NCBI GenBank assembly: GCA_002269645.1
Contig: NIVC01000028.1
Coordinates: 186,001 to 250,000 of the forward strand
Origin: Macrostomum lignano
Taxonomy: Eukaryota
Length of the DNA: 64,000 nucleotides
Direction: 5' to 3'
The notes under the pieces were generated by a model that was not told where the DNA came from, did not search any database, and saw nothing but the letters and a program-made list of their open reading frames with translations. Of the stretch, positions 52,115-64,000 are shown piece by piece. A program made the translations under genes and the position numbers. Positions within the stretch are counted from its first letter, which is position 1. Each line of letters opens with the position of its first letter.

Positions 52115-52169
52115 AAAAGATTTTTTTATTCAAAAATCTTAAAAACACAAAATGCTAAACACAAAAAAG

Positions 52170-55030
52170 CACAATGTCAAACATTAAAGAGCCACCATGT
52201 CAAACATTAAAGAGCCACCATGTCGACCATTAAAGAGCCACCATGTCGACCATTAAAGAGCCACCATGTCGAACATTAAAGAGCTACCATGTCGAACATT
52301 AAAGAGCCACCATGTCGACCATTAAAGAGCCACCATGTCGAACATTAAAGAGCCACCATGTCCAACATACACATGACTCCATGTTGAACATTCAAGAGCT
52401 ACCATGTCAAACATATACATGACGCCATGTCGAACATAAAAGAGCCACCATGTCGAACATTAAAAAGCCACCATGTCAAACATTAAAGAGCCACCATTTC
52501 AACCCTAAAAGAGCCACCATGTCGAACATTAAAGAGCAACCAGGTCAAACATATACATGACTCCATGTCGAACATTGAAGAGCCACCATGTCGAACATTA
52601 AAGGGCCACCATGTCAAATATTAAAGGGCCACCATGTCAAATATTAAAGAGCCACCATGTCAAACATTAAAGAGCCACCAGGTCAAACATGAAAGTGCCA
52701 CCATGTCTAACATTAAAGAGCCACCATGGCAGACATATACATGACTCTATGTCGAACATTCAAGAGCTACCATGTCAAACATATACATGACTCCATGTCA
52801 AACATTAAAGAGACACTATGTCAAACATTAAAGAGCCACCAGGTCAAACATGAAAGTGCCACCATGTAACACATTAAAGAGCCACCATGTCGAACATTTA
52901 AGAACCACCATGTCAAACATAAAATAGCCACCATGTGAAACATATACGTGACTTCATGTAAAACATTAAAGAGCTACCATATCAGACATATACATGACTC
53001 CATGTCAAACATATACGTGACTCCATGTTAGACATTAAAGAGCCACCATGTCGAACATTAAAGAGCCAACATGTTAAAAATACAAGAGCCACCATGTCAA
53101 ACATATACATGACTCCATGTCAAACATTGAAGAGACACCATGTCGAACATAAAAGAGCCACCATGCAAAACATTAAAGAGACACTATGTCTAACATTAAA
53201 GAGCCACCATGTCGAACATTTAAGAGCCACCATGTCAAACATATACATGACTCCATGTTGAACATTCAAGAGCTACCATGTCAAACATATACATGACTCC
53301 ATGTTGAACATTCAAGAGCTACCATGTCAAACATATACATGACGCCATGTCGAACATAAAAGAGCCACCATGTAAAACATATACGTGACTCCATGTCAAA
53401 CATTGAAGAGCCACCATATCGAACATAAAAGGGCCACCATGTCAAATATTAAAGAGCCACCATGTCAAACATTAAAGAGCCACCAGGTCAAACATAAAAT
53501 ACCCAACATGTGAAACATATACGTGACTCCATGTAAAACATTAAAGAGCTACCATATCAGGCATATGCATGACTCCATGTCAAACATATACGTGACTCCA
53601 TGTTAGACAATTAAGAGCCACCATTTCGAAAATTAAAGAGTCAACATGTTAAAAATACAAGAGCATCCATGTCAAACATATACATGACGCCATGTCAAAC
53701 ATTGAAGAGACACCATGTCGAACATAAAAGAGCCACCATGCAAAACATAAAAGAGCCACCATGTCTAACATTAAAGAGCCACCATGTCAAACATATACAT
53801 GACTCCATGTCAAACAGTAAAGAGACACTATGTCAAACATTAAAGAGCCACCATGTCGAACATTTAAGAGCCACCATGTCAAACATATACATGACTCCAT
53901 GTTGAACATTCAAGAGCTACCATGTCAAACATATACATGACGCCATGTCGAACATTAAAGAGCCACCATGTCAAACATTATAGAGCCACTATGTCGAACA
54001 TTTAAGAGCCACCATGTCAAACATATACATGACTTTATGTTGAACATTAAAGAGCCACCATGTCGAACATTTAAGAGCTACCATGTGAAACATGTACATG
54101 ACTCCATGTCGAACATTACAGAGCCATCATATCAAAGATAAAAGAGCCACCATGTCAAACATAAAAGAGCCACCATGTCAAATATTAAAGAGCCACCAGG
54201 TCAAACATGAAAGTGCCACCATGTAAAACATTAAAGAGCCACCATGTCAAACATATACGTAACTCCATGTCAAACATTGAAGAGACCCCATGTCAAACAT
54301 TAAAGAGCCACCATGTCCAACATAAAAGAGTCACCATGTAAAACATATACGTAACTCCATGTCGAACATTGAAGCGACACCATGTCGAACATAAAAGAGC
54401 CACCATGTCGAACATAAAAGAGCTACCATGTCAAACATTAAAGAGCCACCATGTCAAACATATAAGTGACTTTATGTCGAACATTAAAGAGCCACCATGT
54501 CTAACATTAAAAAGCCACCATGTCCAACATTAAAGAGCCACCATGTCAAAAAGTAAAGAGCCACCATGTCTAACATTTAAGAGCCATCATGTCAAACATT
54601 AAAGAGCTACTTTGTCTAACATTAAAGAGCCACCATGTCAAACATTAAAGAGCCACCATGTCAAACATTAAAGAGCCACCATGTCAAACATAAAAGAGCC
54701 AACTTTTTGAACATTAAAGAGCCACCATGTCAAACATAATAGAGCCACCATGTCAAACATAATAGAGCCACCATGTCAAACATTAAAAAGCCACTTTGTC
54801 AAACATAGAAGAGCTCCCATGTCAAACATAGAAGAGCCCCCATGTCAAACATAGAAGAGCCCCATGTCAAACATAGAAGAGCCACCATGTCAGACATTGA
54901 AAAGCCACCGTATCAAACATAAAAGAGTTACCATGTACGAGCGTAGAACAAAAAAGAGCCACAATGTATAACATAAAAGAGCCACAATGTAGAACATAAA
55001 AGAGCCACCCTGTTAAACATAAAAGATACA
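52170..55030. repeat. 23-bp satellite (ACATTAAAGAGCCACCATGTCAA and ACATATACATGACTCCATGT variants) inside unit 1; also ~56290-58480 in unit 2
   Basis: Directly visible. Confidence 0.95.
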
Positions 55031-55119
55031 CAATTTCAAACGTAAAAGTAAGCGAATTTTAAAGGAGCCGCTATAATGCTAAGGAAATTGTCGCACTAGC
55101 TACTTATTGTCTGGTGGAT

Positions 55120-55555
55120 GCTTACTATTTGGGGATGCTATCTATCTTGGGGATGCTTGCTATCTTGGGGATGCTTGCTATTTGGGGGATGCTTGCTATC
55201 TGGGGGATGCTTGCTATCTGGGGGATGCTTGCTATCTGGGGGATGCTTGCTATCTGAGGGATGCTTGCTATCTGGGGGATGCTTGCTATCTGGGGGATGC
55301 TTGCTATCTGAGGGATGCTTGCTATCTGGGGGATGCTTGCTCTCTGGGGGATGCTTGCTATCCGGGGGATGCTTGCTATCTGGGGGATGCTTGAAATCTG
55401 GGGGATGCTTGCTATCTGAGGGATGCTTGCTATCTGGGGGACGCTTGCTATCTGGGGGATGCTTGCTATCTTGGGGATGCTTGCTATCTGGGGATGCTTG
55501 CTATCTTGGGGATGCTTGCTATCTGGGGGATGCTTGCTATCTGGGGGATGCTTGC
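55120..55555. repeat. 18-bp satellite (GGGGGATGCTTGCTATCT)n inside unit 1; also ~58120-58270 and ~58580-58845
   Basis: Directly visible; LGDACY period. Confidence 0.95.
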
Positions 55556-55702
55556 GGTCTTGGGATGATTTCTTTTTGCAATGCACTTCATTTGAGCAGT
55601 TTGTCTGTTGTCTTTTTGAAGGATTTTTGGCTGTTTTTTTGTTACTTGTAGAGAACAGAGATTCTATCCAGATGTCCCCCATCGGGGGGCGAAGATTACT
55701 AG

Positions 55703-58700
55703 TCCCATATACTAAAAATGAGTTGTCTGTGGGTATGCGATTGATTTCAGAAAAATTGGCTCAACCGATTTTCTTCAAACTTGCACCATTCGATCAGAAA
55801 TTTTCCTGGGACGGTACATGCATCTTGGCTAAGAAATTGCTCAATGTTAAAGGGATTAAATATTTGAAAAACATGCTTTTTAGCAAAGGTCAAGCAGCTC
55901 TTTCGACCTGAAATCATTGTAAGAATGCTACAAAAAACTGAATGGCTAAATTCCGATTGTGAAAAAGATTGCATCACAAAAAGTTGAAAACAGTGCCGAA
56001 GAAATGCAGACACGACTTGATTTAAATTGCGTAACCAATATTGCTAACTTAAATTGACACTGATACTGGCTGACTGAGAAATTGATTATGTCATAACTTT
56101 TTACTCTAACTGACTTGCTATAAGAATTTAATTATAAGGGCCACAATTCATGTTCTCCAATTGACAAGAGATAGCATAGATGCGAACAGACTGGACTGCT
56201 AATGCAGCGACCTGGGTTCGAATCTTAGTAGTGCAAAAATATTTTTTTATTCAAAAACCTTAAAAACACAAAATGCTAAACACAAAAAAGCACAATTTCA
56301 AATATTAAAGAGCCACCATGTCGAACATATATGTGACTCCATGTGGAACATAAAAGGACCACCATGCCAAACATAAAAGAACCATCATGTCAAACATATA
56401 CGTGACTCCATGTCGAACATTAAACAGCCACCATGTCGAACATTAAAGAGCCACAATGCCTAACATAAAAGACCCACCATGTCAAAAATATACGTGACTC
56501 CATGTAGAACATTAAAGAGCCACCATGTCGAACATTAAAGAGCCACCATGTCGAACATTAAAGAGCCACAATGCCTAACATAAAAGACCCACCATGTCAA
56601 ACATATACGTGACTCCAAGTCAAACATTAAAGCGCCACCATTTCAAACATATATGTGACTCCATGTCAGGCATAAAGGAGCCACCATGTCAAACATTAAA
56701 GGGCCACCATGTCGAACATAAATGCGCCACCATGTCAAACATACACGTGACTCCATGTAAAAAAATTAAAGAGCCACCATGCTAAACATACACGTGACTC
56801 CATGTAAAAAAATTAAAGAGCCACCATGCCAAACATACACGTGACTCCATGTCAAACATTAAAGAGCCACCATGTCGAACATATATGTGACTCCATGTCG
56901 AACATTGAAGAGCCATCATGTCTAACATTAAAGAGCCACCATGTCTAACATTAAAAAGCTACCATGTCAAATATTAAAGAGCCACCATTTCAAACCTAAA
57001 AGAGCCACCATTTCGAAAGTTAAAGAGCCACCATGTCAAACATTAAACAGCCACCATGTCGAACATACAAGAGCCACCTTGTCAAACATAAAAGAGCCAC
57101 CATATCGAAAATAAAACAGCCACGATGAAGAACATTAAAGAGCCACCATGTCGAACATTAAAAGAGCCACCATGTAGAATATTAAAGAGCCACTATGTCG
57201 AACATAAAAAAGCCACCATGTCGAACATTAAAGAGCCACCTTGTCAAATATTAAAGAGCCACCATTTCAAACCTAAAGAAGCCACCATGTCGAACATACA
57301 AGAGCCACCTTATCAAACATTAAAGAGCCACCATGTCGAACATAAAAGAGCCACCATTTCAAACCTAAAAGAGCCACCATTTTGAACATACAAGAGCCAC
57401 CTTATCAAACATAAAAAAGCCACCATGTCAAACATAAAAGAGCCACCATAAAAAACATTAAAGAGCCACTATGTCGAACATTAAAAAGCCACCATGTCGA
57501 ACATAAAAGAGCCACCATGTAGAACATAAAAGAGCCACCATGTCAAACATAAAAAGCCACCATGTCAAACATAAAAGAGCCACCATGTCAAACATAAAAG
57601 AGCCACTGTGTCAAACATAGAAGAGCCACCATGTCAAACATATATGTGACTCCATGTCAAACAGTAAAAAACCACCATGTCAAGCATAAAAGAGCCACCA
57701 TGTCAAACATAAAAGAACCTCCATGCGAACATAAAAGAGCCACCATGTCAAACATATATGTGACTCCATGTCAAACAGTAAAAAACCGCCATGTCAAGCA
57801 TAAAAGAGCCACCATGTCGAACATAAAAGAACCTCCATGCGAACATAAAAGAGCCACCATGTCAAACATTAAAGAGCCACAATGTCAAACATTAAAGAGC
57901 CACCATGTCGAAAAATAAAGAGCCACCATGTCGAACATTAAAGAGCCACCATGTCAAACATTAAAGAACCACCATGTCGAACATTAAAGAGCCACCATGT
58001 CAAACATAAAAGAGCCACTATGTCAAACATTAAAGAGACACCATGTCAGACATTAAAAAACCCGAATCAAATATAGATGGGATATAAGTGAAATGGTTGC
58101 ACTAGCTACTTATTGTCTGGTAGATGCTTACTATTTGGGGATGCTTGCTATCTGGGGGATGCTTGCTATCTGGGAGGGGGGATGCTTCCTATCTGGGGGA
58201 TGCTTGTTATCTGGGGGTGCTTGCTATTTGGGGGATGCTTGCTATCTGGGGGATGCTTGCTATCTGGGGGAATATTAAAGAGCCACTATGTCAAACATAA
58301 AAGAGCCACCATGCCAAACATTAAACAGCCACCATGTCAAACATTAAAGAGCCACCATGTCAAACATTAAAGAGCCACCATTTGGGGGATGCTTGAATGG
58401 GGGGATTTGGGGGATGCTTTTTTGTTTCGAACATAAAAGAGCCCCCATGTAAACATTAAAGAGCCACCATGTCAAACATAAAAGATACACAATTTCAAAC
58501 GTAAAAGTAAGCGTCATGCCAATTTTAAAGGAGCCACTATAGAACTAAGGAAATGGTTGCACTAGCTACTTATTGTCAGGTGGATGCTCACTATTTGGGG
58601 ATGCTTGCTATCTAGGGGATGCTTGCTATTTGGGAGATGCTTGCTATCTGGGGGATGCTTGCTATCTAGGGATGCTTGCTATTTGGGGATGCTTGCTATC

Positions 58701-58989
58701 TGGGGGATGCTTGCTATCTGGGGGATGCTTGCTATCTGGGGGATGCTTGCTATCTGGGGGATGCTTGCTATCTGGGGGATGCTTGCTATCTGGGGGATGC
58801 TTGCTATCTGGTGGATGCTTGCATTCTGGGGGATGCTTGCTGTCTTGGGATGATTTCTTTTTGCATTACACTTTATTTGAGCAGTTTTTCTGTTGTCTTA
58901 GTGAAGGCTTTATTTGGCTGTCTTTTTGTTACTTGTAGAGAACAGAGATTCTATCCAGATGTCCCCCAACGGGGGGCGAAGATTGCTAG
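55703..58989 (+). mobile_element. Helitron-like unit 2 (subfamily A), joined head-to-tail to unit 1
   Basis: Junction CTAG|TCCCATATACTAAAAATG; hairpin 58961-58977; CTAG 58986-58989; internal partial duplication at ~58050-58560. Confidence 0.85.
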
Positions 58990-59594
58990 TCCTATATACT
59001 AAAAATGAAAATCTTGCTTGCTTGCTTGCTTGTAATCGATTAGAGAAAAAATGGCTTAACCGATTTTCATGAGACTTGCACTGTTCGATCAGAAATTTTC
59101 CCGTGACGGTACATGCATCTTGGCTAAGAAATTGCTCCATGTTAAAGGGATTAAATGTTCGAAAAACATGCTTTTTTGCAAAGGTCAAGCAAACTTTTCG
59201 ACTTGAAATGCATTGTAAGAATGCTAGAGAAAAAACTGACTGGTTGAATTCTGATTCTGAAATAGATTGCATCATAACTGAATTGTAACTCTGACTTGAA
59301 TTGAAAATGCAGTGTGGAAGCGTAGCACCAGACTTGATTTAAATTGCGTAACCATATTGTTAACTGATACTGACTGACTGAGAAATTGATTATGTCATAA
59401 CTGCCTCGTGTGATTTACTCTATGCTTGGAGTTTTGAAACTTATAATTATAAGTGCTAAAATTCATATTATCAAAACGATGAGAGCTAGCCTAGAGGTAA
59501 ACAGACTGACTGCTAAATGCAGGGACGATGGTTCGAATTTTTAGAGAGTGGAATTTTTTTAATTAAAGCTTTTTAACACCAAGAAGAAAACTAA

Positions 59595-61990
59595 AAAATC
59601 ATAGAAGCGTCATGTAAAAAATCATAGAAGCGTCATGTAAAAAATCATAGAAGCGTCATGAAAATATCATAGAAGCGTCATGTAAAAAATCATAGAAGCG
59701 TCATGTAAACAATCATAGAAGCGTCATGTAAAAAATCATAGAAGCGTCATGTAAAAAATCATAGAAGCGTCATGAAAATATCATAGAAGCGTCATGTAAA
59801 AAATCATAGAAGCGTCATGTAAACAATCATAGAAGCGTCATGTAAAAAATCATAGAAGCGTCATGTAAACAATCATAGAAGCGTCATGTAAACAATCATA
59901 GAAGCGTCATGTAAAAATCATAGAAGCGTCATGTAAAAAATCATAGAAGCGTCCTGCAGATATCGTAGAAGCGTCATGAAATAATCATAGAAGCGTCATG
60001 TAAAAAGCATAGAAGCGTCATGTAAAAAATCATGGAAGCGTCATGTAAAAATCATAGTAGCGTCATGTAAAAATCATAGAAGCGTCATGAAAAAATCATA
60101 GAAGCGTCATGAAAAAACATTGGAGCGTCATGAAAAAATCATAGAAACGTCATGTAAAAATCATAGAAGCGTCATGTAAAAATCATAGAATCGTCATATA
60201 AAAAGCATAGAAGCGTCATGTAAAAAATCATGGAAGCGTCATGTAAAAATCATAGAAGCGTCATGTAAAAAATCATAGAAGCGTCCTGCAGATATCGTAG
60301 AAGCGTCATGAAATAATCATAGAAGCGTCATGTAAAAATCATAGAAGCGTCATGTAAAAAATCATGGAAGCGTCATGTAAAAATCATAGTAGCGTCATGT
60401 AAAAAATCATAGAAGCGTCATGTAAAAAATCATAGAAGCGTCATGAAAATATCATAGAAGCGTCATGTAAAAAATCATAGAAGCGTCATGTAAACAATCA
60501 TAGAAGCGTCATGTAAAAAATCATAGAAGCGTCATGTAAAAAATCATAGAAGCGTCATGAAAATATCATAGAAGCGTCATGTAAAAAATCATAGAAGCGT
60601 CATGTAAACAATCATAGAAGCGTCATGTAAAAAATCATAGAAGCGTCATGTAAACAATCATAGAAGCGTCATGTAAACAATCATAGAAGCGTCATGTAAA
60701 AAATCATAGAAGCGTCATGTAAAAAATCATAGAAGCGTCCTGCAGATATCGTAGAAGCGTCATGAAATAATCATAGAAGCGTCATGTAAAAAGCATAGAA
60801 GCGTCATGTAAAAAATCATGGAAGCGTCATGTAAAAATCATAGTAGCGTCATGTAAAAATCATAGAAGCGTCATGAAAAAATCATAGAAGCGTCATGAAA
60901 AAAACATTGGAGCGTCATGAAAAAATCATAGAAACGTCATGTAAAAATCATAGAAGCGTCATGTAAAAATCATAGAATCGTCATATAAAAAGCATAGAAG
61001 CGTCATGTAAAAAATCATGGAAGCGTCATGTAAAAATCATAGAAGCGTCATGTAAAAAATCATAGAAGCGTCCTGCAGATATCGTAGAAGCGTCATGAAA
61101 TAATCATAGAAGCGTCATGTAAAAATCATAGAAGCGTCATGTAAAAAATCATGGAAGCGTCATGTAAAAATCATAGTAGCGTCATGTAAAAAATCATAGA
61201 AGCGTCATGAAAAAATCATAGAAGCGTCATGAAAAAAACATTGGAGCGTCATGAAAAAATCATAGAAACGTCATGTAAAAATCATAGAAGCGTCATGTAA
61301 AAATCATAGAATCGTCATATAAAAAGCATAGAAGCGTCATGTAAACAATCATAGAAGCGTCATATAAAAATCATAGAAGCGTCATATAAACAATCACAGA
61401 AGCGTCATGAAAAAATCATGGAAGCGTCATGTAAAAATCATAGAAGCGTCCTGCAGAAATCGTAGAAGCGTCTTGAAATAATCATAGAAGCGTCATGTAA
61501 AAAGCATAGAAGCGTCATGTAAAAAATCATGGAAGCGTCATGTAAAAATCATAGAATCGTCATATAAAAAACCTAGAAGCGTCATGTAAAAATCATAGAA
61601 GCGTCATATAAAAAGCATAGAAGCGTCATATAAACAATCACAGAAGCGTCATGAAAAAATCATGGAAGCGTCATGTAAAAATCATAGAAGTGTCATGTAA
61701 AAAATCATGGAAGCGTCATGAAAAAATCATAGAAGCGTCATGAAAAAATCATAGAAGCATCATGTAAAAATCATAGAAGCGTCCTGCAGAAATCGTAGAA
61801 GCATCATGTAAATAATCATAGAAGCGTCATGTAAACAATCATAGAAGCGTCATGAAATAATCATAGAAGCGTCATGTAAAAAGCATAGAAGCGTCATGTA
61901 AAAAGCATAGAAGCGTCATGTAAACAATCATAGAAGCGTCATGAAAAAATCATAGAAGCCTCATTTAAAAACTAATGAAAGCGTCATTTA
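59595..61990. repeat. 22-23 bp satellite (TCATAGAAGCGTCATGTAAAAAA)n with ~787-bp higher-order duplication; resumes at ~63750
   Basis: CCTGCAGATATC variant at 59953/60739 and 60285/61072. Confidence 0.95.
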
Positions 61991-62834
61991 AAAAATTAAG
62001 AAGCATCATGGAAGAATAAAAGAAGTGTAATGTAAAAATCAAAAGAAGCGTCATGTCAGACATGAAGGGTGTCATGTAAAAATAAAATGCAGCTATAATG
62101 CTGTGCTGGGAAGAAAAACTGAGACGTAAAGGCTCTCAGAGAATAACTGAGATTACGAGGGGGGGTTGTTTCTGGGATCTCAAAGCAAAAGTCAGAAGCT
62201 ACTTCAAAGTTCATGTACTTTACTCAATTTTTATTGCATTCTTTGTTGGCTCGCCATGGGGGGGTGCTGATAGAAGAAGAGTCATGTAAAAAATAAAAGT
62301 AGCACTATGTATACATAAAAGAAAAGTCATGTCGAAGTTAAAAGATTCATTTGGGAATTGCTACGATGTCAAAGCTTGGTGGAAATCGTTATAGTGCTGT
62401 GATTCTTAAAGAAGGAATCACTAAAATGTCAAGGCTTAGGGGAGAAGAATTGCTGAGATTTCAAGGCTTTAGGTTGGGTTAAAGTTAGGTTTAGGTCAGG
62501 TGTGGGTTGAGGGTTATATTTTATCGGGTTTCAAGGTTAACAGTGGATTTTTTAGATTTCAAGGTTTATGGGGGCCATCGCTGACATGTCAAGGCTTACG
62601 GGGGGGGAATAGCTGAGATGTCAAGGCTCACGGGGGTATAAATGAGATTTCAAGGCTAAAGTCAGAAGCTACATGTAGTTTATTGAAAACTTTTTATTAC
62701 ATTATTTGATGCCTCCTCAGGCGAGGGATCGCTGATAAAAAAAGCGTTATGTAAAAAATAAAAGAAGCTTATCGCTATAATGCTGTAGTAGTGCTATTAT
62801 GACTCTTAGAGAGAATTACTGAAATTTCAATGCT

Positions 62835-62879
62835 TTAGGGTTAGGTTAGGGTTAGGGTTAGGGTTAGGGTTAGGGTTAG
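62835..62879 (+). repeat. Interstitial telomere-type repeat (TTAGGG)~7
   Basis: Directly visible. Confidence 0.9.
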
Positions 62880-63100
62880 AAGGTTGACAGATATTTTTAG
62901 ATTTCCAAGGCTTATTGGGGGCATTGCTGAGATGTCAAGGGGGAAGTTGATATGTTAAAGCTGGGGGGGGGGAATTACTGACATGTCAAGGCTTACAAGG
63001 TTTGACAGGAGATTTTTTAAGATTTCAAGGATACATGTAGCTTATTAAAAAACGTGTATAGCATTTCTTTGGCTCCCCAACGGGGGGCGTAGATTGCTAG

Positions 63101-63126
63101 TATATACTAAAAATGGTCTGTCTGTG

Positions 63127-63163
<37 letters not shown>

Positions 63164-64000
63164 GTGATCGATTAGAGAAAAAATGGCTAGACCGATTTTG
63201 TTCGAACTTGCACTGTTCGATCAGAAATTTTCCCGTGACGGTACATGCATCGTGGCTAAGAAATTGCTCCATGTTAAAGCGATTAAATATTCGAAAAACA
63301 TGCTTTTTTGCAAAGGTCAAGCAAACTTTTCGACTTGAAATGCATTGTAAGAATGCTAGAGAAAAAACTGACTGGTTGAATTCTGATTCTGAAATAGATT
63401 GCATCATAACTGAATTGTAACTCCGACTTGAATTGAAAATGCAGTGTGGAAGCGTAGCACCAGACTTGATTTAAATTGCGTAACCATATCCTATATACTA
63501 AAAATGAAAATTTTGTTTTGACTGAGAAACTGATTATGTCATAACTGCTTCGTGTGATTTACTCTATGCTTGGATTTTAAAGTGTTGAATTAAATAAGTG
63601 AAAAATTTGATGTTATTAAAACGATGAGAGCTAGCCTAGAGGTGAACAAACTGAACTGCTAAATGCAGCGACGATGATTCGAATTTTCATAAAGTATAAT
63701 TTTTTTAATTAAAGCTTTTCAACGTCAGGAAAACTAAAAGACTTTTTAAAAGGAAGCGTCATGTAAAAATCATAGAAGCGTCATTTAAAAAATCATAGAA
63801 GCGTCATGTAAACAATCATAGAAGCGTCATGTAAACAATCAGAGAAGCGTCATGTAAACAATCATAGAAGTGTCATATAAAAATCATAGAAGTGTCATTT
63901 AAAAAATCATAGAAGCGTCATGTAAACAATCATAGAAGCGTCATGTAAAAAATCGTAGAAGCGTCATATAAAAAGCATAGAAGCGTCATGTAAAAAATCA
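63101..64000 (+). mobile_element. Helitron-like unit 4 (subfamily B), runs off the window
   Basis: CTAG|TATATACTAAAAATG (first 3 nt missing); (CTAT)n; head nearly identical to unit 3; same satellite. Confidence 0.8.

Larger units (their letters stand above)
51575..55702 (+). mobile_element. Non-autonomous Helitron-like unit 1 (subfamily A)
   Basis: A|TCCTATATACTAAAAATG 5' end; conserved ~570-bp head; 23-bp and 18-bp satellites; hairpin GTCCCCC-ATC-GGGGGGC (55674-55690), then CTAG (55699-55702). Confidence 0.85.
58990..63100 (+). mobile_element. Helitron-like unit 3 (subfamily B)
   Basis: Junction CTAG|TCCTATATACTAAAAATG; head homologous to units 1-2; different satellite and 3' region; hairpin GCTCCCC-AAC-GGGGGGC (63072-63088); CTAG 63097-63100. 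Confidence 0.82.

Noticed and set aside
52170-58480. Perfect Kozak GCCACCATG in many satellite monomers
   Set aside because: Leads only to repeat-derived ORFs and is absent from the related subfamily B monomer; likely coincidence.

Overview
Eukaryotic, animal-type genomic DNA: GT-AG introns, an interstitial (TTAGGG)n tract, and no bacterial-style gene organisation. The species cannot be determined from the sequence. Over half of the window is tandem repeat, about 20 different mini/microsatellite arrays, and nearly all long ORFs in the supplied track are artefacts of these arrays. The one well-supported gene is a minus-strand tetraspanin: 5 coding exons at 45764-38010 (262 aa, CCG and PxxCC motifs), with a possible extra terminal exon. 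A frameshifted THAP-domain gene relic lies at about 48.05-48.4 kb, followed by weak P-element-like transposase remnants. The mobile-element content is the most interesting part. (i) Two copies of a ~280-300 bp MITE with 14-bp TIRs and 8-bp TSDs carry a fragment of 28S rRNA (helix 69 / R2-Pokey-I-PpoI target region). (ii) A head-to-tail array of four non-autonomous Helitron-like units (A|TC...hairpin-CTAG) runs from 51575 to the window end, each unit carrying a tRNA-like cassette and expanded satellites. (iii) A young tRNA-derived SINE with a 12-bp TSD is nested in a sharply bounded CpG-depleted island at 32.6-36.5 kb. All calls were made by eye without database searches.
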